Notes: generated by a model not told the origin, from the sequence alone. 64,000 bases of DNA from an uncultured Thermoplasmata archaeon (GCA_963797975.1 CAWCRH010000008.1:16862-80861), one strand, 5' to 3'; positions 20,632 to 30,669 are shown, counted from the stretch's first letter. Program-made: numbers and translations.

Positions 20632-21436
20632 ATGGAATCCATATACCCCCGCGTTCGTCGCGAGGCCGTGCTGCGGTCGACGTTCCTGCATATCGAAGGC
20701 GTGGGCCGGGCCACCGAAACGGCCCTGTGGCGTAGCGGCATACGGGATTGGTCGGAGCTCGCGGGGGTGCGCGACCTCCCCGGACAGCGCGAACGGATCG
20801 CACGGGACGTGGAGGGGAGCGAGCGGGCTCTCGCCGAGAAGGACGCCGGCTTCTTCGGTCGAAGGCTGCCGCCATCCGAGCACTGGCGTCTGTACCCGGC
20901 CTTCGCGAGCACGACCGGGTTTCTCGATATCGAGACGACCTCGCTCAGTCCGTACGAAGGGATCGTCACCGTCGTGACGGTGCACGGGGGCGGCGCGACG
21001 CGCACCTTCGTGAAGGAGGACAACTTGGAGGAGCTTCCGGCCTATCTCGGGAAGTTCGGTGTGCTCGTCACCTTCAACGGGAGCCTCTTCGACCTCCCGT
21101 TCCTGTACGTCCACTTCCCCGACCTCGCGCCGCCCCCCGCGCACATCGACCTCAGGTTCCTCCTCTACCGGATCGGCCAGGCCGGCGGACTCAAGCGGAT
21201 CGAGGAGCGTCTCGGGCTCGGAAGTCGGGAGGGGGTCGAGGGGATTCGCGGGCTGGATGCGGTACGGCTCTGGGAGGAGTACCCGGCGGGGGAACCGGGC
21301 CGCTCTCGAGCGCCTGGTTCGCTACAACCGCGCCGACACGGTCAACCTAGAGCCGTTGCTTTCCTACGCCGTCCGCGAGCTCACGTCGCGTATTCTTCCG
21401 CCGGCGGGAAGACCGACCCCCACCCTGGCTCGGTAG
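20632..21436 (+). CDS. HhH plus RNase-H-like (YprB/COG3359-type) predicted 3'-5' exonuclease, with an apparent frameshift at about 21282
   Basis: FLHIEGVGRATETALWRSGI is the HhH. GFLDIETTSL and VTFNGSLFDLPFL are the Exo I/II motifs. The C-terminal YNRADTVNLEPLL is in the +1 frame; removing one C from the CCC at 21282-21284 gives ...LWEEYRRGNRAALERLVRYNRADT.... Confidence 0.6.
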
Positions 21437-22270
21437 GCCCGGGCCCTCTACGACACCGGACGGCGGCGGTCGAAGAGCCGTCCCAGGTTCGAGCGACGTG
21501 TGGCCCACGCGCTCGACCGCGAGCTCGCAGTACTCTCGCGACGCGTCGATCGAGATGAACCGGCGGCCCGTGGCGTAGGCGACCGCGGCCACGGTCCCTG
21601 TCCCGCCGAACATGTCGAGGACGGTGTTCCCCCGATAGCTGTAGAACTTGACGAGGCGCCGGATGAGCTCGGCGGGAAACGGCGCGGGGTGGCCCCGACG
21701 GTTCCGTTCGGGCGGGATCTCCCAGAAGGCGTCGGAGTAGCGTTGGAACTCTTCCCCGGTGATGTCCGCGTCCTTCGGGTCCCCCTCCAACCGGTCGGAG
21801 CCCTTCGAGAAGACGAGCACGTACTCCCACGACGGGATGACGTGGGGGTTGGCCGGGCTCTTCCAGCTCCCCCAGGCCGTACGACGGCCCATCGTCTGCT
21901 TGTACCAGAGGATCTCCGCTCGAAGGGAGTAGCCGACCTTCACTAGGTCGCGCGTCAGGTCGTGATGGATCGGGCGAAAGTTCTTGATCGAGGTCGGCGC
22001 CACGTTCAATGCGAAGCGGCCGCCCGGGACGAGCACCCGGAAGAGCGCACGCCACACCGTCGAGAGCCAGCGGCGGTAGCCCGCGTACGTCCGGGCGTCC
22101 GAATAGCCGGCGTATCGGATGCCGAGGTTATACGGCGGGGAAGTGATCGAGAGATGAACCGACGCCGGCGGAAGGTGGAGCAGTACGGCCCGCGCGTCGC
22201 CGTGGACGACCTGGTCGGCCCACGCGGACGCGACCGGCGCTATAGGAGCGCTACGTTCGGTCGACCCCAT
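21347..22270 (-). CDS. DNA methyltransferase, beta-class, SPPY motif IV (probably N4-cytosine or N6-adenine)
   Basis: SITSPPYNLG (motif IV) precedes VLDMFGGTGTV (motif I), the circular-permuted beta order. There is also a PAPFP motif. No endonuclease gene lies adjacent. Confidence 0.8.
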   Translation of the reverse strand: MGSTERSAPIAPVASAWADQVVHGDARAVLLHLPPASVHLSITSPPYNLGIRYAGYSDARTYAGYRRWLSTVWRALFRVLVPGGRFALNVAPTSIKNFRPIHHDLTRDLVKVGYSLRAEILWYKQTMGRRTAWGSWKSPANPHVIPSWEYVLVFSKGSDRLEGDPKDADITGEEFQRYSDAFWEIPPERNRRGHPAPFPAELIRRLVKFYSYRGNTVLDMFGGTGTVAAVAYATGRRFISIDASREYCELAVERVGHTSLEPGTALRPPPSGVVEGPGLPSQGGGRSSRRRKNTRRELADGVGKQRL

Positions 22271-22319
22271 GGACCCGCGGAGCGGCGTCCCCGGCTTGAG
22301 CTTTCCGGCGGGGCGGCTC

Positions 22320-23534
22320 CTACGCGGAGCGCGGGTCCGGGATGCGGGAGGCGATCTCGGTGCCGATCGCGAGCGAAGAGGTGGCCGCCGGCGAAGGGGC
22401 GTTGATCACGTGCAGCACCTTCGGTGCGCTCACGAAAACGAAGTCCTCGCGAAGCGTTCCGTCCGGACCGACGGCCTGGGCTCGGACCCCCGCGTCGGCG
22501 GGCCTGAGGTCATCGGCACGGACCGCCGGGAGCATCCGGCGAAGGTCCCGTGCGATCGCTTCGCGGGAGAGCGAGCGGTAGAGCTCTCCCACCACGGCGT
22601 CCGGGACGCGGCGCAGCATCCTCCAAAATCCAGGATAGGCGAGCGTCCGGCCGAGCTCGCCCCACCTCACGTCCGTGAGGCGGTATCCCTCCCGGGCGAA
22701 CGCCAGGATCGCGTTCGGTCCCGCCAGAAGCCGGCCATCGATGGTCGGGGTCAGATGCACATCGACGAACGGGAGGCGGGGGTCCGGGACCGGATAGACC
22801 AACCCTCGAACGAGCGAGGTACGTCCGGGCGGAAAGACATGGAACTCCCCTCGGAAAGGGATGATCTGGTCCGCTGAGGGCGTACCCGCGAGAGCCGCGA
22901 TGGTATCGGCGTAGAGCCCTGCGCAATTGATCATCTGGCGGGCCGAGTAGACCTGCCCCGACGCCGCGCAGACGGCCTCGACCCTGAGCCCGCGGTCGAC
23001 GATTCCGCTGACGCCCGCATCGCGGATGACCGCTCCACCGGCGTTCCCGATATCGAGGGCCAGCTCGGCAGCGACCGCGGGATAGTCGATGATCGCAGCG
23101 GTCGGCACGTGCAGGGCTGCGATCCCTCGGACCTCCGGCTCGACCGCACGGATCTCGGGAGGGGTCATCCGTCGCAATCGTTCGACCCCGTTCGACCGGC
23201 CCCGCCGTTCGAGTTCGTCGAGCATGGCGAGCTCGCGGGGCTCGGTCGCGACGATCAACTTCCCGATGACGCGATGGGCGATCCCCCGGTCGCGAGCGAA
23301 CTGGAGGAGCTCCTCCCTCCCTCGGACACATAGGCGCGCCTTGAGAGAGCCGGGCCGGTAGTAGACTCCCGTATGCACCACCCCGCTGGTGTGGCCGCTC
23401 TGGTGCCGGGCGATCGCGGGTTCCTTCTCGAGCACGATGAGCCGGCACCCGGGAAAGCGACGGAGCGTGGCTCGGGCCGCCGCGAGCCCAACGATACCTC
23501 CACCGACGATTATGACCTCAACGGTCTCGGTCAC
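22320..23534 (-). CDS. FAD-dependent L-2-hydroxyglutarate oxidase/dehydrogenase-like protein
   Basis: N-terminal VIIVGGGIVGLA dinucleotide fold, then ...HQSGHTSGVVHTGVYY... and ...VLHVINAPSPAATSSLAIG... typical of LhgO-like enzymes. Confidence 0.75.
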   Translation of the reverse strand: MTETVEVIIVGGGIVGLAAARATLRRFPGCRLIVLEKEPAIARHQSGHTSGVVHTGVYYRPGSLKARLCVRGREELLQFARDRGIAHRVIGKLIVATEPRELAMLDELERRGRSNGVERLRRMTPPEIRAVEPEVRGIAALHVPTAAIIDYPAVAAELALDIGNAGGAVIRDAGVSGIVDRGLRVEAVCAASGQVYSARQMINCAGLYADTIAALAGTPSADQIIPFRGEFHVFPPGRTSLVRGLVYPVPDPRLPFVDVHLTPTIDGRLLAGPNAILAFAREGYRLTDVRWGELGRTLAYPGFWRMLRRVPDAVVGELYRSLSREAIARDLRRMLPAVRADDLRPADAGVRAQAVGPDGTLREDFVFVSAPKVLHVINAPSPAATSSLAIGTEIASRIPDPRSA

Positions 23535-23625
23535 GTTCCTTCCGGGGGATGGGCCGTACCTACAAGTCGAGTCGGGCTCACTACCCCATTATAACCTCGC
23601 CTCGGTCCATTTCAGTTTGACCATC

Positions 23626-24762
23626 ATGAGCATACAAGTCGGCGTTCCAAAGGAGCAGGCGAGCGGTGAGCGCAGAGTCGCCATCGTGCCCGACGTTGCG
23701 GCCGCGCTCATCAAGACCGGGCTGAAAGTCGTGGTCGAATCGACCGCGGGCGTCTCGGCCGGGTACCCGGACGAGGCGTATACGGCCGCGGGCGCGACCG
23801 TCCTCACCGATCGCGCGGCGGTCTACGCAAGTCCGCTCGTCGTAAAGGTCCAGGGTCCGAGCGTCGACGAGGTCACCCCGATCCCGAAAGGGACGGTCCT
23901 CGTCGCGTTGATGAGCCCCAATCGATCGCTGCCGGCCATTCGTGCGCTCCGTGACAAGGGCGTCACCGCCTTCGCGCTCGAGCTCCTCCCCCGGATCACC
24001 CGGGCGCAGAGCATGGATGTACTAAGCTCCCAGGCGACGGCCGCCGGGTACCGGGCTGCGCTCATGGGAGCGGAGCTCTCTCCTAAGTTCCTTCCCATGC
24101 TGACCACCGCCGCCGGAACGATCCGCCCGTCCACGGTGCTCGTCCTGGGGGCCGGGGTCGCCGGGCTCATGGCCATCGCAACCTCGCGGCGCCTCGGCGC
24201 GCAGGTCGAGGCCTACGATGTGCGCCGGGCCGCGGGCGAGCAGGTCCGCAGCTTGGGCGCGAAGTTCCTCGAGCTACAGATCAACGCGGAGGGCCAGGGT
24301 GGCTACGCGCGGGAACTGACGGACGCCGAGAAAGCCCAGGAGCAGACGATGGTATCCGCCGCGCTCGCCAAGGCCGACATCGTCATCACGACCGCGAACG
24401 TCCCCGGCCGCGCCGCCCCGCGCCTGGTCAAGGCGGCGACGGTGGCGCAGATGCGGCCCGGGTCCGTCATCGTCGACCTGGCGGCGGAGTCCGGGGGCAA
24501 CTGTGAGCTCACCAAACCCGGCGAACGCATCAATGTGAACGGTGTCACGATCGCCGGACCGCTCAACTTGCCCAGCGACATTGCTTTCCACGCGAGCCAG
24601 ATGTATGCGAAGAACGTCCAATCGTTCCTGACCCTTCTTGTGACCAAGGAGGGGGGGCTCGTCACCGACTATTCCGACGAGATCCTCGCTGCGAGTCTTC
24701 TCGTTTCCAAGGGTGAAGTGCGGCACGGACCGACCCGGGAGCTCCTCGAGAAGAGCCCATGA
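23626..24762 (+). CDS. pntAA: NAD(P) transhydrogenase subunit alpha, part 1
   Basis: MSIQVGVPKE...ERRVAIVPD..., the GAGVAGL Rossmann motif, and alanine-dehydrogenase/PNT architecture. Followed by pntAB and pntB with 4-nt overlaps. Confidence 0.9.
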   Translation: MSIQVGVPKEQASGERRVAIVPDVAAALIKTGLKVVVESTAGVSAGYPDEAYTAAGATVLTDRAAVYASPLVVKVQGPSVDEVTPIPKGTVLVALMSPNRSLPAIRALRDKGVTAFALELLPRITRAQSMDVLSSQATAAGYRAALMGAELSPKFLPMLTTAAGTIRPSTVLVLGAGVAGLMAIATSRRLGAQVEAYDVRRAAGEQVRSLGAKFLELQINAEGQGGYARELTDAEKAQEQTMVSAALAKADIVITTANVPGRAAPRLVKAATVAQMRPGSVIVDLAAESGGNCELTKPGERINVNGVTIAGPLNLPSDIAFHASQMYAKNVQSFLTLLVTKEGGLVTDYSDEILAASLLVSKGEVRHGPTRELLEKSP

Positions 24763-25067
24763 CCGCCGACCTGTGGACCGCGATCCTCATCGCGGTGCTA
24801 GCCGCGTTCGTCGGCTACGAAGTGATCAGCCGGGTCCCGGTGCTGTTGCATACCCCGCTCATGTCGGGGTCGAACTTCATCCACGGGATCGTGCTCGTGG
24901 GTGCGATCGTCGCCCTCGGGCTCTCCACGACGCCCCTCGAACAGGGGATCGGACTGGTCGCCGTCATCATGGGGGCGATGAACGTCACGGGTGGCTACGT
25001 CGTCACCGTGCGGATCCTCGCGATGTTTGACCGTTCCAAGCAGAAGAAGAAGGCGGGGTCCCCATGA
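24759..25067 (+). CDS. pntAB: NAD(P) transhydrogenase subunit alpha, part 2 (membrane)
   Basis: 102-aa protein with three TM helices, between pntAA and pntB. Confidence 0.85.
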   Translation: MTADLWTAILIAVLAAFVGYEVISRVPVLLHTPLMSGSNFIHGIVLVGAIVALGLSTTPLEQGIGLVAVIMGAMNVTGGYVVTVRILAMFDRSKQKKKAGSP

Positions 25068-26452
25068 CCGACTGGAGCCCGCTGGTCGACGCCGTCTACG
25101 TCATCGCGGTGATCTTCTTCGTCCTCGGGCTGCGAGCGATGAGCTCGCCCGAGACCGCGCGCAAGGGTATCGTGCAGGCGGGCGCCGCGATGCTCATCGC
25201 GGTCGTCGTCACCTTCCTCGTCCCCAACCTCACGAACTTCGGTCTGATCGCCATCGGCATCATCATCGGCGGTGGAGGCGGATGGTACTGGGCCCGCGTC
25301 GTCAAGATGACCGCGATGCCGCAGATGGTCGCCGTCTTCAACGGCATGGGGGGCGGGGCCGCCGCGGCGATCGCGGCGATCGCGTTGCTCATGAGCGTGA
25401 GCGACCCCGCCGAGGCGTCGCTCAGCATCGCAGGAGCGGTCATCGGTTCGATCTCGATCGCGGGGAGCGTCATCGCCTTCCTCAAGCTCCAGGACCTGAT
25501 CCACTCGAGGCCGATCGTCTTCCCCGGCCAGATGTTCGTGAACACGGGCATCCTCATCGTGGGCGCCGCGTTCGGCGTCCTGACGGTATGGCAGCAGACG
25601 ACCGTCTGGCTCCTGCCGTTCTTCTTCCTCGTCGTGCTCTACGGTGTGATGCTCACGCTCCCGATCGGCGGGGCGGACATCCCGGTCGTGATCTCGATGT
25701 TCAACGCCCTGACGGGGATCGCCGTCGCGTTGGACGGCTTTGCGCTCGTGAACGGCGCCCTCGGGGACGCGGGCTATGCGATGGTCGTCGCGGGCATGCT
25801 GGTCGGAGCGGCGGGTACGATGCTCACCGTCCTCATGGCCCGCGCGATGAACCGGTCGATCTCCAACGTGTTCTTCAGCGCCTTCGGCGCGAAGGAGGAG
25901 GAGGGGGTCGCGGTCGAAGGCTCGCTCAAGCCGATCAGCGCCATGGATGCCGCGGTGATGATGGAGTACGCGGAGCACGTCATCATCGCGCCCGGCTACG
26001 GGATGGCCGTCGCCCAGGCGCAGGGCAAGGTCAAGGAGCTCGAGGATCAGCTGGAATCCCGCGGAGTCGACGTCAAGTTCGCCATCCACCCGGTCGCGGG
26101 CCGGATGCCGGGCCACATGAACGTGCTGCTCGCGGAGGCGGGCGTATCCTACGACAAGCTGTTCGACCGGGACGAGATCAACGACCAGTTCCCGCAGGCG
26201 GACGTCGTGCTCGTGATCGGAGCGAACGATGTGGTCAACCCGGCGGCGCGTCGGGCGGGCTCGGCGCTCCAAGGCATGCCGATCCTCGACGTCGACCGCG
26301 CGAAGAACGTCATCGTCATCAAGCGCGGGCAAGGCAAGGGGTTCGCCGGCATCGAGAACGAGCTCTTCTACAAGGACAACTGCCACATGCTCTACGGCGA
26401 CGCGCAGACGGCGGTCGGCCAGCTCGTGTCCTACCTTAAGAAGGGGACGTAA
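25064..26452 (+). CDS. pntB: NAD(P) transhydrogenase subunit beta
   Basis: N-terminal polytopic domain followed by the C-terminal NADP(H) domain ...GYGMAVAQAQ...IHPVAGRMPGHMNVLLAEA...VIGANDVVNPAA.... Confidence 0.9.
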   Translation: MTDWSPLVDAVYVIAVIFFVLGLRAMSSPETARKGIVQAGAAMLIAVVVTFLVPNLTNFGLIAIGIIIGGGGGWYWARVVKMTAMPQMVAVFNGMGGGAAAAIAAIALLMSVSDPAEASLSIAGAVIGSISIAGSVIAFLKLQDLIHSRPIVFPGQMFVNTGILIVGAAFGVLTVWQQTTVWLLPFFFLVVLYGVMLTLPIGGADIPVVISMFNALTGIAVALDGFALVNGALGDAGYAMVVAGMLVGAAGTMLTVLMARAMNRSISNVFFSAFGAKEEEGVAVEGSLKPISAMDAAVMMEYAEHVIIAPGYGMAVAQAQGKVKELEDQLESRGVDVKFAIHPVAGRMPGHMNVLLAEAGVSYDKLFDRDEINDQFPQADVVLVIGANDVVNPAARRAGSALQGMPILDVDRAKNVIVIKRGQGKGFAGIENELFYKDNCHMLYGDAQTAVGQLVSYLKKGT

Positions 26453-26461
26453 GCCGGCTGT

Positions 26462-26481
26462 CCCCGCCTTAATAGGCGGGG
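26462..26481 (+). other. Perfect hairpin between pntB and msrB, overlapping a TATA-like TTAATA
   Basis: CCCCGCC-TTAATA-GGCGGGG starts 10 nt after the pntB stop and ends 16 nt before the msrB start. Confidence 0.4.
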
Positions 26482-26496
26482 TGGGTTCCGCTCGAC

Positions 26497-26898
26497 GTGA
26501 CGAGCGAGAGCGCCGGAACGTACCGTCCGCTCACCCGAGCGGAGGAGGCGGTGATCGTCCGGCGACGAACGGAACGCCCGTTCTCCGGGGAGTACGAGCA
26601 CCATTCGGAAGCCGGGGTCTACGGGTGCAAGCGCTGCGGCCTGCCGCTCTACCGGTCCGAGGACAAGTTCGACGCTAAGTGTGGTTGGCCCAGCTTTGAC
26701 GACGAGATCCCGGGCGCGGTGGAGAGGGTCCCCGACCCGGATGGGATGCGCGTTGAGATCCGCTGCGCGCGGTGCGGCGGCCACCTCGGTCATGTGTTCG
26801 AGGGAGAGGGGTTCACCCCGAAGGGCATCCGCCATTGCGTGAACTCCATCTCCCTTCAATTCCGTTCCCGTAGTGTCCATCCGCCCGAGTCCCCGTGA
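26497..26898 (+). CDS. msrB: Peptide-methionine (R)-S-oxide reductase
   Basis: Two CxxC Zn motifs ([15 protein letters not shown]) and the catalytic RHCVNS. Confidence 0.9.
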   Translation: MTSESAGTYRPLTRAEEAVIVRRRTERPFSGEYEHHSEAGVYGCKRCGLPLYRSEDKFDAKCGWPSFDDEIPGAVERVPDPDGMRVEIRCARCGGHLGHVFEGEGFTPKGIRHCVNSISLQFRSRSVHPPESP

Positions 26899-27080
26899 CG
26901 CACCCTCGTCTCTGGACCGGCCTCGTGACCCCTCGCGTGGCCGCTCCCACGGGGGTGGAGGTCCTCGATCCCCCAGCGGGATGGGCCTGCGGCCCCCCCC
27001 GTTCACCGGCATGGTCGCGGCCGAGGGATCGACGCGATTTCCATGAGAAGGTGGCGGCGAACGAGATCGCGGGGAAGTAG

Positions 27081-27153
27081 TGGGCGCGGCCAGATTCGAA
27101 CTGGCGACCTTCACCGTGTCAGGGTGACGTCATAACCACTAGACTACGCGCCC
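27081..27153 (-). tRNA. tRNA-Val (GAC)
   Basis: The reverse complement folds as GGGCGCG/CGCGCCC acceptor, TCACC/GGTGA anticodon stem, loop CTGACAC and GCCAG-TTCGAAT-CTGGC T arm. Confidence 0.9.
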
Positions 27154-27210
27154 GGACAGGGGCGCCCCACCTTCGGCCGGCAGATATGCCTGTCGGCGGA
27201 GGCAGGCCGC

Positions 27211-28758
27211 TCAGCCGTAGCCGCCGGGGGGTGCGCCGGACGGATCTGGGTGTTCGTTCCAGTGGTAGTAGCCCATCGATTGTCGCTGGGCCTCGGTGAC
27301 CTCCTGGCGGACCCCGCCCTGGAAGGAGCCGTAGGCGTCACGGATCTGCTCCTCGATGGGTCGCGCCCTCGCCAGAGCGGCGCGCACGTGGGATGCCTCG
27401 ATCATCGGGCTCGACGAGATCGCGGCGAGGTCCCCCGCGGTGCGGATGAGGCCCCCGAGCTCCCGCAGCCGAAGCGTGAGAGCGTGGCGCCGTCCATCGA
27501 TCGTCTCCGCCCGGCGTGCCGCCTCGTGGATGAGCTCCTCGACCGCCGCCCGATCCGCGGGCCGGATACGGCCGTCGGAGGCGATCTCCTGAGCGCAGAA
27601 CTGGGCGAGCTTGAGCCGGTTCGCCTCCGTGTCGGGCATGGTCGTCTCGAGGAGCACCTCGTAGCCGTTACCGGCGATGCGCGAGCGGAGCGGGGAAAGA
27701 ATCTGCTGGATGTCCTGGATGTTCGCCGCGGCGACCAGAATGAAATCGCAGGGGACCGCGTCGACGCGGACGGCGGCGCCGGCCGATTGCGGGTTGCGTC
27801 CGGTGATGGGGAAGCGTCGGTCCTGCATCGCCGTCAGGATGTGCCGTTGCAGGCTGCCGATGTGCGGGATCTCGTCGATGAAGAGGACGCCCTCGTGGGC
27901 TTCGTGGATGGCACCGGGAATGACCCGCTCATACGGAGGAGAGCCGAGCTGAGGGTGCCCGCCGTACGGGTCGTGCCGCACGTCACCGAGCAGCTCGGTC
28001 TCGCTTGCGCCCGTCGCCATGACGAACGTCGTTCGGTCGAGCTTGACGAGAACCTTGCGCGGGCTCTCCCGCTGCTGAGCGCGCCGCCGCTCGAGCGCGC
28101 GCTGGTCTAGCACCTTGATCTTCTCGCCCGCTCGTTCGTAGCCGACGACCTCCTCGACCCCGTTCCGCGTCCGGGTGGTCAGGACGGGCTCCGCGGGCGC
28201 GCCTTGAGGGTTGACCGTCATCTCGATCAGCGGACCGACCAGGTCGCGGAAGGGGTTGCTCGAACCCTCCACAGCGGGGATGAGCTGCTTGGGGTTGCCG
28301 CAGCTAGGGCAGTACCGCTCGTTCGGGGAGGAGTAGAACTTGCAACGAGCACAGCGGTAGCCCAGCCGATCCGCGACCGACGGAGGCGCCTCCGTTGGAG
28401 CGATCAGCTCCCCTTCTACCGAGCGCGCTCCTTCGCGTTCTCGGTAGACCTCCTCCCGAGTGACGACCTCGATGGTCGGCCGCTCAGGATTCTCCGGGTT
28501 GTGGACGACCCGCACCTCCGTTCGCGGCCGTTCCAGGTGGAGCGCGAGAGCCTGCGCCGTCATCGATTTCCCGATACCGGGTGGTCCGACGAGAAGAAGG
28601 TGGCGGCGCTGAAACGCCGCGACGCGGGCGAGCTCGACCGCCTTTTCCTGACCGATGACGCGATCGAGCGGGTCCGTCGGGATCGGAATGTCTTCGGTGG
28701 TCTGCATCTCGTCGAGCGAGGCGAGCGCTCGCCGAGGGCTACTGCTGGTCCCGGCCAT
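27211..28758 (-). CDS. Lon-like AAA+ ATPase lacking a protease domain, with an inserted zinc ribbon
   Basis: Walker A LLLVGPPGIGKSM and Walker B GVLFIDEI, with Lon/COG1067-type helical regions. Insert CARCKFYSSPNERYCPSCG. The protein ends after the ATPase lid, with no Ser-Lys protease module. Confidence 0.65.
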   Translation of the reverse strand: MAGTSSSPRRALASLDEMQTTEDIPIPTDPLDRVIGQEKAVELARVAAFQRRHLLLVGPPGIGKSMTAQALALHLERPRTEVRVVHNPENPERPTIEVVTREEVYREREGARSVEGELIAPTEAPPSVADRLGYRCARCKFYSSPNERYCPSCGNPKQLIPAVEGSSNPFRDLVGPLIEMTVNPQGAPAEPVLTTRTRNGVEEVVGYERAGEKIKVLDQRALERRRAQQRESPRKVLVKLDRTTFVMATGASETELLGDVRHDPYGGHPQLGSPPYERVIPGAIHEAHEGVLFIDEIPHIGSLQRHILTAMQDRRFPITGRNPQSAGAAVRVDAVPCDFILVAAANIQDIQQILSPLRSRIAGNGYEVLLETTMPDTEANRLKLAQFCAQEIASDGRIRPADRAAVEELIHEAARRAETIDGRRHALTLRLRELGGLIRTAGDLAAISSSPMIEASHVRAALARARPIEEQIRDAYGSFQGGVRQEVTEAQRQSMGYYHWNEHPDPSGAPPGGYG

Positions 28759-29009
28759 GACCGTCTCTCGATGATATCTACCGTCGGAATGGCCTAAAAG
28801 GGTTCGCGGCGCCTCCGGCCACCTACTACCGCTAGGAAGGCACCTGGGGAAAGCAAGTCCGGGCCCCCCGGCCCTATGGACGAGGAACCTGCGACCGCCG
28901 CCTGTGGCTCGACCGCCGGGATGGCTAGCACGACGATCTCGATGAGCATCTCGAGGGCCCCCCGGCCGACCGCCGGGGGTCTGCCGAGGGAGAAGGCCCT
29001 ACGCGGCGC

Positions 29010-30341
29010 TCAGCTCGCGGGGCCCCCGAGGTCGGCCTTGGTAAAGATGCGGACCTTGTCCGGGATCTTTCCCACCGGCCCGACGCGCGACGCGACCACC
29101 GTACCGATGCTCTTCTCTTGAGCGACGTCTAGGAGTCGCTGGCTCACGATCCCGTCGAAGACGACCGCTTTCGCCGGAGCCTGGAGGCCGGCGAGCGCGT
29201 CGATCAGGTCCTTCACCGGGACCTCCTGAATGACAGTGTCCCCTTCGCCGATCACCAGGCTGCGCGAGGAGTTCTCCACGCTCGCCAGCAGGTCAAAGTA
29301 GCGCTGCAGCTCGGGGGTCAGGACCATGGGTGCCGCGGGGGGCGGCGGGGGAGGTGGAGGCGGTGGAAGCGCCCGAGGGATCGGCATGGGAGCTCGGTCC
29401 TCGCGTCGAGGGGGAGGTCCGCCGCGCTCTTCGCGGCGGTCCTGGCGCTGAGGGCCGGGCCCGCCTTCGCCCCGGTCGTCCATCGGACCGCGCGTCGATC
29501 CGGTCGAGTCGAATCCTGTCATCTCGAGGTACTGGTTGATGGGGATCTTGTTCCGCAGGCATTTCAGAAGCTGCTTTTGCGTCAGCTCCTCGACCTCGCT
29601 CCCGCGCGGGGCCCGCGCAACGAAGTCGAGGTCCATCGTCTGGAGCATCTCCCGCAGGATGAGCTCGCCCGCTCGGTCCCCGTCCGTGAAGGCGGTCACG
29701 GTCTTGCCGCGAGAAAGGTCCTTCACCGTCTGCGGGACGCTCGTCCCCTCCACCGCGATGACGTTCTTGATCCCGCATCGCAGTAGATTGAGCACGTCGG
29801 AGCGTCCCTCGACCACGATCAGCGCATCGGCCTGGTCGATGTTCGGGCCGGCGGGTAGGTGTTCGGGCCCGTAGGTAGTGATCTCCTCGACCTGGACCGC
29901 CTTGCGGACGGCCTCGGCCAGGTCCATGCCGACGCCTTTCGACTCCTCTTGCAGCTTCGCGAGGATCGACTTCGCGCGTTCTACGACCTTCAGGCGCTTG
30001 GAGATACGAATGTCCTCGACCGAGACGATCTCGATCTTGGCCCGGCAGGGGCCGATACGGTCTACGGTCTCTAGGCCCGAAGCGAGGATGGCGGTCTCGA
30101 CCTGGTCCAGCGAGGAGGGGATGATGATCTCCCCTTCGCTCTTGCCCTTGCGGCTATCGATATCGACCTCGATGCGGCCGATGCGTCCGGATTTCTGGAG
30201 GTCACGTAGGTCGAGCTCGTCTCCGAGCAGACCTTCGGTCTGTCCGAAGACGGCGCCGACGACGTCGGGCTTGTCGATGACGCCTTCGGCGGCAATGTGG
30301 GCTCGGATCTGGTACTTGGCGGCGCTGGGATCGTTCGTCAT
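29010..30341 (-). CDS. dnaG: Archaeal DnaG primase (Toprim) homolog
   Basis: N-terminal KYxIxAxxxAxGVVxxxDVVGAIFGQTEGLLG-type sequence and Toprim ...LIVVEGRSDVLNL...FTDGDRAGE.... A Pro11 linker precedes the C-terminal domain. Confidence 0.9.
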   Translation of the reverse strand: MTNDPSAAKYQIRAHIAAEGVIDKPDVVGAVFGQTEGLLGDELDLRDLQKSGRIGRIEVDIDSRKGKSEGEIIIPSSLDQVETAILASGLETVDRIGPCRAKIEIVSVEDIRISKRLKVVERAKSILAKLQEESKGVGMDLAEAVRKAVQVEEITTYGPEHLPAGPNIDQADALIVVEGRSDVLNLLRCGIKNVIAVEGTSVPQTVKDLSRGKTVTAFTDGDRAGELILREMLQTMDLDFVARAPRGSEVEELTQKQLLKCLRNKIPINQYLEMTGFDSTGSTRGPMDDRGEGGPGPQRQDRREERGGPPPRREDRAPMPIPRALPPPPPPPPPPAAPMVLTPELQRYFDLLASVENSSRSLVIGEGDTVIQEVPVKDLIDALAGLQAPAKAVVFDGIVSQRLLDVAQEKSIGTVVASRVGPVGKIPDKVRIFTKADLGGPAS

Positions 30342-30669
30342 GTGGTTTCTTCTCCGTGTTCGAGAGGCCGGCCGCCTTTAGGCGGCGTCTCGCCGGAGAC
30401 GGGTCAGGGATGGGTCCGCACGTCGACTAAGCCGCGGAGCCTACGACTGGGACCAGGGTGGATCATGAGTCGTGATTCCGGACGTAACGACGCGGGGAAC
30501 CTCCCCTTCGTCTCCGGTGCCTCTCGTGAATTGAGAGTGGGCTTGGGTATTTAAAGGGGTGCGTAACCCCCTCCCGACGCTGACGGAGCGGTGGAGCGAC
30601 CGACCGTGCGTGAGGATTCGAACTGTGATATAGGGCGGCCGTCTAACGCCGGTCGGAGCTGATTCATCG

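Noticed and set aside
24995-26386. 463-aa minus-strand ORF and a 482-aa plus-strand alternative frame over pntB
   Set aside because: pntB is unambiguous in its own frame. The alternatives are Arg/Asp/His-rich nonsense.
29337-29370. Run encoding eleven consecutive prolines in DnaG
   Set aside because: It is an in-frame low-complexity linker between the Toprim and C-terminal domains. There is no evidence of recoding or a mobile insertion, so it is only a curiosity.
30614-30623. GGATTCGAAC, the reverse-complement signature of a tRNA T loop, suggesting a minus-strand tRNA or tRNA half
   Set aside because: The flanks cannot form a T stem (CACAG versus CCTCA) or an acceptor stem, and no anticodon arm could be folded. 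It is kept only as a note inside the dnaG-polD intergenic finding.
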